DNA from: an uncultured Nitrososphaerota archaeon
Lineage (GTDB): Archaea; Asgardarchaeota; Njordarchaeia; Njordarchaeales; Panguiarchaeaceae
Reading direction: 5' to 3'
DNA: 38,177 nt
Assembly: GCA_964628995.1 (NCBI GenBank)
Contig: CAZVPA010000001.1
Span: 26,606 to 64,782, forward strand
This document shows positions 26,882-34,082 of the stretch, one piece after another; the first letter of the stretch is position 1, and every line of letters starts with the position of its first letter. Both the position numbers and the translations under genes were made by a program. The notes beneath the pieces are model-generated. The model was not told the origin of the DNA. It made no database searches and saw only the letters and a program-made list of their open reading frames with translations.

Positions 26882-28096
26882 GTGGTAGGCATAAAGGTCT
26901 TCTGGATATTATCGAGTAAGGGTGGTGCCGGAAAAACACTGTTCACAATGTGCCTCCATAGGGCATTCTATAATACAAAACTTTTCGATCCCAGAAGTAC
27001 GATCCTTATAGATCTCAACACGCAAAATAAAGATCTATTCAATATACTCAAGAAAGTGGCTAGTGGTGAGCCGGAGACACTAAATATTGATGTCCAAGGG
27101 AGGACCATCGGTGTATTCTCTCTCAGACTTAAGGGAGAAAAGATGCGTATATTGTCTCCAATCATGTCTCCCGATCTAGCAACTCGTATAATTCTCCCAA
27201 TAAAGGTATCAGCAATCCTTGGGAGTGATGTTGCTATTGTTGATACAAACCTAAACCTACATACATTCCACACACTAGACAAGAAACGTTTGGAAGGGAT
27301 CAGGAGGGAACTGGAAATCATATGGTCGGATATGGAGGAGATAGACCCGATATTTTTCTTCATATGGACAACTGGGAGCATAACTAGGTATCTGAGCGTG
27401 TCAAAAGGCATGGATATCTTTGAAATCGAGGCGATATTTGAGAGCATAAAAAAACTGGCGTGGGTCTTTGGGAGACAATCCGATATATTCTCTATGAGGA
27501 ATATTATTGTTACAATAAACTCAACTCTATGGATATATAACACAATAACGATGCTCAGGATAATCTTGGGTAGTCTTCAGGAAAAACTGTTGAAGTCGCT
27601 ACATATGAGAGAAAATATTGCGTTATACAGCTTTACTAGGATCTCGAAGGATATCATTCTGAGGGCGTCAAAACTTACGGCTGAAATGCTGGCGGCGGTC
27701 TCTGGCAGAAAACCACTATTTAGGTATCTGGAACCCATGTATATGCTATCCCTATACCACATACTCTTCGGCGGCTCGATGGAAATATTGGAGAAAATAG
27801 TCAAGGAAGTCAAGATCCCGGAGGGACTGAGATTATTCGTAGAAAAACTCAGAGATGAGAAATCGGTGGATCGTGTGCCCCTGAACCTATATGTTGTCCC
27901 TCCGTCTCCAGATGTTCATAATGTTATGCCATTCATTTTTTCGGGTCAGCTCCTAGGAGAGAATGATATAAGGACGATACTTGGGGACGAGGACGCTGAT
28001 GAGCTCCCCTATAGACTTGTTGCAGATCAGGCCATATATCTCGCACGATACTTAGACTATTTCTTCGTTCTGAGGGAGCGTGCTGGTACTGCATGA
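26882..28096 (+). CDS. ParA/MinD-like (SIMIBI) P-loop ATPase with long C-terminal extension
   Basis: Deviant Walker A ILSSKGGAGKT (nt 26918-26938), ILIDLNTQNKD, Walker B-like VAIVDTNLN. 404 aa versus ~250 for typical ParA/MinD. GTG start. Confidence 0.6.
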   Translation: MVGIKVFWILSSKGGAGKTLFTMCLHRAFYNTKLFDPRSTILIDLNTQNKDLFNILKKVASGEPETLNIDVQGRTIGVFSLRLKGEKMRILSPIMSPDLATRIILPIKVSAILGSDVAIVDTNLNLHTFHTLDKKRLEGIRRELEIIWSDMEEIDPIFFFIWTTGSITRYLSVSKGMDIFEIEAIFESIKKLAWVFGRQSDIFSMRNIIVTINSTLWIYNTITMLRIILGSLQEKLLKSLHMRENIALYSFTRISKDIILRASKLTAEMLAAVSGRKPLFRYLEPMYMLSLYHILFGGSMEILEKIVKEVKIPEGLRLFVEKLRDEKSVDRVPLNLYVVPPSPDVHNVMPFIFSGQLLGENDIRTILGDEDADELPYRLVADQAIYLARYLDYFFVLRERAGTA

Positions 28097-29284
28097 TCAT
28101 GCCTTGAATGTGTTTATTAGGTCATCAGTCCAGAATTGCCGCATGTTTTCAATGTCCTCTTGACCAATCTGTATGCCTTCTGAGTCAAAACTTAGATCCT
28201 TTATGTGGGCCCTATCATCATAGTACACCAGTAGTAATTTTGATTGCTCTTGGACTTTTGGATCACTATTCAGTAGTTCCCTTACGATAATCGGGGAGTT
28301 TGTTAGGAATACTATTTGTTTCTTTTCATTCAGCGCTATATCCGCACTTATTCTGAATAATGCATGCTGCATTCTTGGGGACATTATGGACGGCTCAAGA
28401 ATAATCACAGTGTCTTCTCTACCCGTACCAAATAGCACGGCGAGTGTGGGGAGAAGGCTTATGAAGTCTAGGTCAAAGAAGTTCGTCTTTTTCCAAGAGT
28501 TGGAGAGTCTATATTCTATCCCGAGCGATGATGGGGGGATGTATTTCAATCTGACCGCTATATCTCCAGCCTCCCTAAGGAATGTCCCCAATCTCTGTGA
28601 GCTCTCTAGATCCGAAAATATGTCGATCAGTTTCTTAGCAGCCAACGACCTCATGCTTTCAGTCCCGAGGGATTGATATCTCTCTATGAACCAAGACCTT
28701 ATGTCGGCATAATGTATGGAATCCAGAATCCCCGATAATAACCCACTAAAATTCACGGCTGGAAAATTATTCGACCTCTCAGCGATAGTCTTCTTATCTA
28801 TCTCTATCTTCCAGGTCCATACCTCATGCCTAGCAACACTAAACATTATGTGCTCGTTAATTATCAGTCTCAGCATCGTTACCCTATCCCCAAGAATCTC
28901 CAAATATAGGTCCAAGATATCAATCCTCTTGAACTCATCGGAGTACTTATCGAAAGCAACGGGGGATGCACTAAAGAGAAGAGAGAAAAAGGATTCGTGG
29001 AGATTCTTCCTGAAGTTTCTGAACCTGAGATAAAGGATGATGGGCTTGCTTGTGCTCCCATTATACACGATCTCCTCGAAGGACCCAAAACTTATCTTTG
29101 GTGTCGTATACCTAACATTCAGATTCGACATTACTCCTCCAAGCAGGCAGGGAGCCATAAAGAGTGCGGCCTTAACGGAGGAGACGCCGAGCACGACATT
29201 TATCCTCTTGAGGCTGACATCGATACCCTTATCATCCACAAACCCATAGTTGGACACGAAAAAGTTTGTCAGCATAAGACGCAC
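28097..29284 (-). CDS. ABC/SMC-like (AAA_15/AAA_21-type) ATPase homologue with degenerate nucleotide-binding motifs
   Basis: N-terminal LTNFFVSNYGFVD...INVVLGVSSVKAALF aligns to the i.nFrsf...liG.NgsGKS pattern, but the GKS is lost. C-terminal TVIILEPSIMSPRMQHAL...QIVFLTNSP aligns to llIDEPE..LHP..Q..l...Q.I.TTHSP, with the Walker B Asp lost. Confidence 0.5.
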   Translation of the reverse strand: MRLMLTNFFVSNYGFVDDKGIDVSLKRINVVLGVSSVKAALFMAPCLLGGVMSNLNVRYTTPKISFGSFEEIVYNGSTSKPIILYLRFRNFRKNLHESFFSLLFSASPVAFDKYSDEFKRIDILDLYLEILGDRVTMLRLIINEHIMFSVARHEVWTWKIEIDKKTIAERSNNFPAVNFSGLLSGILDSIHYADIRSWFIERYQSLGTESMRSLAAKKLIDIFSDLESSQRLGTFLREAGDIAVRLKYIPPSSLGIEYRLSNSWKKTNFFDLDFISLLPTLAVLFGTGREDTVIILEPSIMSPRMQHALFRISADIALNEKKQIVFLTNSPIIVRELLNSDPKVQEQSKLLLVYYDDRAHIKDLSFDSEGIQIGQEDIENMRQFWTDDLINTFKA

Positions 29285-29353
29285 ACCACCAAGTAAAGAA
29301 ATGGAAATCAGAAAATAAAAGTATTCTCAAAATCTTACAAGTTTCACATAGTA

Positions 29354-30796
29354 TTGTGGAGATCCCCTGTGGATGAAGGAAAGTACTATCTAGAATGTAT
29401 GGGCTGCGGAGGGAAATTCAAAGATATTGAGAATCCATGCCCCCTATGCGGCAGCCAGCTATTCGTGAGATATACAGAGGTAAAACTGGATATTCGTGAT
29501 ACCCCCAGCATGTGGAGGTACATTGATCTTTTACCAATAGATACGGACTCAAGTATAGTATCCCTAGGAGAGGGATATACGCCCCTCATGAGGGCCGAGA
29601 GAATATCAAAAATACTGGGGACACAAGAACTATACCTTAAGGACGAAACGCGAAACCCAACAGGTTCATTCATCGACCGCGGGGTATCCGTAGAAATATC
29701 TAGGATTCAGCGTAGATATAAAAGGATCGTGTGTGCCACTTTAGGTGATACTGGAGCATCCCTATCAGCCTATGCTGCGAAAGCTGGGATAAAACCCATA
29801 ATCTATGCGCCAGAAAAAATAAACATCGGCAAGCTATATCAGATGCTCCTATGTGGGGCTGAGGTTCTTATCACTAAGAACTATGAGGAAGCCCTCATGT
29901 TAGCCAAGACCCATAAGACTAACGAAAAAGTATTCAGCGAGTACTCCCCGTACTATCTTGAGGGAATAAAAACCATAGCCTACGAGGTGATGGAGCAACT
30001 AAACTGGAAAACCCCAGATTTTGTTGTTGTACCCATGGGTACTGGGGGTCTAATAACGATGATATGGAAGGGAGTTAGGGAGCTCCTAGAGCTGGGCCTC
30101 ATAGAGGATACTCCAGGGCTTATTGGTGTTCAGATAGAGGGAGCGGATCCGATAGTTAGGGCGTTTAGAGGGGAGGAAACAGACTTCTTGAGGGGCAAAA
30201 CAATAGCTATAGATCTTATGGTGAGGAGACCTATGCTACAAAGATTCGCTATTAGTGCCATCAGAGAAAGCAATGGGATCGCCATAAGCGTGGAGGATGA
30301 TGTCATCCCACGGTATATAAAGATGCTTGCGGAGGGGGAAGGAATTATCGCTGAACCATCGGCGATAGTACCCCTAATCGCCCTAAAGAAGTTGCTGGAT
30401 CTTGGAGACATACTCCCAAGCGAGAGTGTGATTATTATAATAACAGGCTCAGGCCTCAAGACGATAGACTCACTCCAGGAGATCGTACCGATCGAGGATA
30501 TATCCCTGAGGCTTATGGGTATTCCAGAAAAAACCACGATAAGAAAAATTGGGGAGACAAAACTGATGATACTAAATTTGCTATCCGAGGGAATGATGCA
30601 TGGATACGAGATAAGGAAGAAGTTGAGGGAAAAGTATGGGATATCCTTAGCCCTATCGACAATATATCAGCATCTACATGAACTCATGAATTATGGGCTA
30701 ATATCCAGGGTTGGTAGGAAGACAAAAAACAAGACCAAATACTGCTACTTTCTGACGAGGTCTGGAAGAAAACTCATAGAGAAGCATGAATCATAA
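29354..30796 (+). CDS. threonine-synthase-like (PLP fold type II) domain lacking the PLP lysine, fused to a C-terminal PadR-type winged-helix domain
   Basis: N-terminal zinc ribbon CMGC...CPLC. ThrC-like EGYTPL, LYLKDETRNPTGSFIDRG (Ile107, nt 29672-29674, where ThrC has the Schiff-base Lys of SFKDRG), VVPMGTGG. C-terminal LMILNLLSEGMMHGYEIRKKLREKYGISLALSTIYQHLHELMNYGLISR is PadR-like. TTG start (GTG 29369 is also possible). Confidence 0.75.
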   Translation: MWRSPVDEGKYYLECMGCGGKFKDIENPCPLCGSQLFVRYTEVKLDIRDTPSMWRYIDLLPIDTDSSIVSLGEGYTPLMRAERISKILGTQELYLKDETRNPTGSFIDRGVSVEISRIQRRYKRIVCATLGDTGASLSAYAAKAGIKPIIYAPEKINIGKLYQMLLCGAEVLITKNYEEALMLAKTHKTNEKVFSEYSPYYLEGIKTIAYEVMEQLNWKTPDFVVVPMGTGGLITMIWKGVRELLELGLIEDTPGLIGVQIEGADPIVRAFRGEETDFLRGKTIAIDLMVRRPMLQRFAISAIRESNGIAISVEDDVIPRYIKMLAEGEGIIAEPSAIVPLIALKKLLDLGDILPSESVIIIITGSGLKTIDSLQEIVPIEDISLRLMGIPEKTTIRKIGETKLMILNLLSEGMMHGYEIRKKLREKYGISLALSTIYQHLHELMNYGLISRVGRKTKNKTKYCYFLTRSGRKLIEKHES

Positions 30797-30831
30797 AGTC
30801 AAAAACTGAGGGGCTAGAGGTAGAAAATAGG

Positions 30832-32256
30832 TCAGATACCAATGAGTTTTCGTCCAGATTTACCAATGAATTTTTTGATGATCTTTGAAAGCACACCACG
30901 GGTATCGAGAATCCTTATGAATGAATCAGCCATGACATCAGCAAGCCCTTCACGTATAACTGTGTGGAGGTGTACATGTATCATTGGTTCTGGATAACCA
31001 ACGGGGCTTACATAACCAAGAATCCTAACTGTCTCAAGTGCCTTGGAGTCGGCATTTCTTCGTGAATCCAAATCGCTTCCAAGAATGTTGCGTGGATAAG
31101 TATACTGTATGACGAAATCCCTATACTTTACATATATGATACCGTACAGGCCATACTCCCCATATACCTCATCAGCTATTTCTGGAATAACACTATGTGT
31201 TGCCTTCCTGAGGTTGTTTTTCTTCCCAGTTCTTCTGGTCACATATTTTCCAGAGGCTGGTACTTCAAGCTGGCCTGTATGCATGAGATATTCTCCATCA
31301 TCCAGCGAGAAGTCTAGTGCGAATGCATCAGTGAACATTCTGAATAGTTTATGGTCAAGCTTTTTAGTTAGTATTCTGCTTTCAGGCTCTTTGTTGAGCC
31401 ATAACAATGGAACTTTTTTCCTTCTTGCAGTACTCAGGAGTCTCCTTAGTCCCTCCATCATGAAGTTTGTCTCCATGAACATCGCTATAAAGTTTATGAG
31501 GGATATTTCTCCTTCCTCTGGTATCGAAAATTTTTGATCCACCGAATCCAATATCTCTTCAATATTCCTGACATAGCTTGATAGGAACGTACTCACGATT
31601 TTTCTTGGTTCGTTAGTATCACCAAAAATATCTCTTCTTAGTATTTTGAGTGTTGTATCACTTATGGTATCGCATAGGTCTATAAATTGCTGTTCAGCAC
31701 TCCTAGCGTCATCAGTTTGGGTCTCTAGGTACTTGGTAAATATACCATAAACATCACGGTATAGGTGCTCGATCCCCCATCTCGCAGAGAGGAGTGTGGA
31801 TATGTATGAGCCATCAAGAACAGCAAAGTCAACATTGTTATTATCTATCATGTATGTGGTCGTTATGAATTCCATACCCTTCATTATATTGTTTGCACGT
31901 GTACCAACATAGAATCTTGGGATAAGTATGAGAAAACATATGTCCGGGGTCAACACATATTTCCTAACAAAGCGGGCTTTTTCTCCCCCAATCTCGAAAA
32001 GTAGTGATGAGGCTGAGAAGACAGCAACTCCTGCCCCTCTGCGTTCAGATATTGCGTTACTACCATCAGTAAAGACACCAATAACACTGTCTCCGATACT
32101 TATTTCGCTTAGTAACCCAAGCCTTATAGCATTTGGATACTTCTCACTAACAATATGCTTGAAATCTGATAGTTTCCTGAGGAGTTCGTTGGGAGACCCA
32201 ATAGACAACATACTCTTTAATCTATCCGCTATTATGTTACTCACTACTGGGATCAC
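30832..32256 (-). CDS. nurA: NurA-like nuclease
   Basis: Translationally coupled to herA by a 20-nt overlap. DGS motifs GVFTDGSNAIS and FAVLDGSYIS are typical of the NurA domain. Confidence 0.55.
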   Translation of the reverse strand: MIPVVSNIIADRLKSMLSIGSPNELLRKLSDFKHIVSEKYPNAIRLGLLSEISIGDSVIGVFTDGSNAISERRGAGVAVFSASSLLFEIGGEKARFVRKYVLTPDICFLILIPRFYVGTRANNIMKGMEFITTTYMIDNNNVDFAVLDGSYISTLLSARWGIEHLYRDVYGIFTKYLETQTDDARSAEQQFIDLCDTISDTTLKILRRDIFGDTNEPRKIVSTFLSSYVRNIEEILDSVDQKFSIPEEGEISLINFIAMFMETNFMMEGLRRLLSTARRKKVPLLWLNKEPESRILTKKLDHKLFRMFTDAFALDFSLDDGEYLMHTGQLEVPASGKYVTRRTGKKNNLRKATHSVIPEIADEVYGEYGLYGIIYVKYRDFVIQYTYPRNILGSDLDSRRNADSKALETVRILGYVSPVGYPEPMIHVHLHTVIREGLADVMADSFIRILDTRGVLSKIIKKFIGKSGRKLIGI

Positions 32257-33961
32257 CAGTGAAAAACTCAGTTATCTTCAAGCCCTTATCTCTCTTTTCG
32301 CTATCCGTTTCTTTGAGTAGTTTTCCATATCCCTCGTATAGCTGGTCTATGATCTCATCAAGGTCTTCCTCAGACAATTCCTGTGACCACTCCTCAGAAA
32401 CATTGATATCTCTACCCCCGAGCTCTATATCGATCCCAAATTCCTCCTTGGCTACATGCCTGAATAGGTCGATCTTAGCAATACATGGAATGGGAACAGA
32501 GAAGCCTGAAATTAAGGCCTCACCAACCCCAAGCCCAGCCAGAGATCTCGTAAGGTACCAAGTAATATCCTCTATCGACTCCATGATATATCTCTGATCC
32601 GAGGGATTAACAAGCCTAAGAGCGATGAGAGTACCACACTGAGCCAGAACAGTACTGGAAAGATCCTTTGGTCTCTGGGAAACAATAATAAGCCCAGTAC
32701 CAAACTTCCTCCCCTCCTTCGCAATCCTCTCAATTATACTCTTAGATGGAGCATAAGTATCCCTAGGAGCATATACATGTGCCTCCTCAACAGCGACTAT
32801 TGTTGGTATAACCCTCCCCTTAAGCTTTGCCTCCACGGTAACCCTAAAGAGGGACCTAAGTAGCATGGAAACAACCGCGGTTTGTACGTCAGATGGTACA
32901 CCTCCCAGAGCAATTATTTTGAGGCCAGGACTAATGATAGGCTCAATAACCTTCCTAAAAACAGCTTTAGGGTTATCTTTCACACTCAGACATTCACATG
33001 GGTTAAAAATGAACTCGTACTCAGCACTATATCTTGCATCCTCAAGCTTATCCAATAGGGAATCAATAGAGTCCCTCCTAGCACCGGATCTTCCGATCCT
33101 CTGGATGAGCTCTTCAATATCGAAATACCTCGGAACATCCAGATAGGCTCCCTTTATATCCCTAAGGGCCATCCTAAGGATTCTTCGTTGCGTACTCGCT
33201 TGTGTCCCCAAACCGAGTAGGGAGAACCACTCATCAATATTCAGAAACCAGTATGGTATCTCCAAGTTTTTGAGTGCATCCTTCATTTCGAGCTCCTGCT
33301 CGATTATATCGCGATACTTACCAACGGGACAATATATTGTTACTTTTCCCCGGGAAACCCTGTTTATTGCTGACAAGCCAATATATTCTGAGTGTGTATC
33401 AATAAGAAGAATCCTTGCGGCCGGGAGACCCTTGAGTATCCTAACAATAAGTGTTGCGAGGGTATTAGACTTGCCAGCGCCTGTCATTGCTAGGATGGCC
33501 ACGTGTTTTGTCGCTAATTGGTTAAGATCTAAGGATACTCGAACCTTAGGGTCGTTTGCTAGAGTGCCTATCCTTATGTGGTTCTGGTCATCTCTTGAGA
33601 ATATCTTATTTAGCTCGCTAGCACCCATGAGCTCAACGATATTTCCAGGGCTTGGTATGGCATCATATTTCCTCTCTATTTTGCCATCACCAGTAAGCGT
33701 ACCAACGACAGTAACTAAGATATCGTTCCTTCTCAAGATGAGTTCATCATAATGCTCTGGAAACATTGAGAGGGATCTTGCCTGCCTATATAGCTCGTCA
33801 GAAAGTTCGAGGGAGGCCACAATAGCGATCAGGTCCCTACCAGAATCGGTCTTGATTCTTAGGAATTGCCCTCTACGTCCAACATATTTTAGATCCTCAT
33901 CGTCAAAACTTACCCTTATATAATCTCCACGGACCTGGACTACCCGTCCCTTCACAACCAT
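32237..33961 (-). CDS. herA: HerA-type hexameric helicase/ATPase
   Basis: N-terminal HAS-barrel-like MVVKGRVVQVRGDYIRVSF, Walker A HVAILAMTGAGKSNT, LLIDTHSEY, Walker B TIVAVEEAHVYAP, GRKFGTGLIIVSQRP. Confidence 0.8.
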   Translation of the reverse strand: MVVKGRVVQVRGDYIRVSFDDEDLKYVGRRGQFLRIKTDSGRDLIAIVASLELSDELYRQARSLSMFPEHYDELILRRNDILVTVVGTLTGDGKIERKYDAIPSPGNIVELMGASELNKIFSRDDQNHIRIGTLANDPKVRVSLDLNQLATKHVAILAMTGAGKSNTLATLIVRILKGLPAARILLIDTHSEYIGLSAINRVSRGKVTIYCPVGKYRDIIEQELEMKDALKNLEIPYWFLNIDEWFSLLGLGTQASTQRRILRMALRDIKGAYLDVPRYFDIEELIQRIGRSGARRDSIDSLLDKLEDARYSAEYEFIFNPCECLSVKDNPKAVFRKVIEPIISPGLKIIALGGVPSDVQTAVVSMLLRSLFRVTVEAKLKGRVIPTIVAVEEAHVYAPRDTYAPSKSIIERIAKEGRKFGTGLIIVSQRPKDLSSTVLAQCGTLIALRLVNPSDQRYIMESIEDITWYLTRSLAGLGVGEALISGFSVPIPCIAKIDLFRHVAKEEFGIDIELGGRDINVSEEWSQELSEEDLDEIIDQLYEGYGKLLKETDSEKRDKGLKITEFFTGDPSSE

Positions 33962-34082
33962 GGTATCACCAGATTATATTACCCACCATATAAGTTTCAA
34001 TAGGATTATAAATGAGCATAACTGCTTTATGAATATGCACCATTTTTGTTCTATTTTTTGTCATCTTGGGTGGGTGTGCAAA

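Noticed and set aside
26968-27543. 191-aa minus-strand ORF
   Set aside because: It is antisense to the ParA-like ATPase gene, which has a clear Walker A and operon coupling. It is probably a shadow ORF.
33960-34082. N-terminal 41 codons of the track ORF 33960..36569
   Set aside because: The start would overlap the divergent herA start codon and cover the shared promoter region. The M1 aminopeptidase homology begins after ATG 34083 (MYVKKHGRDFEF).
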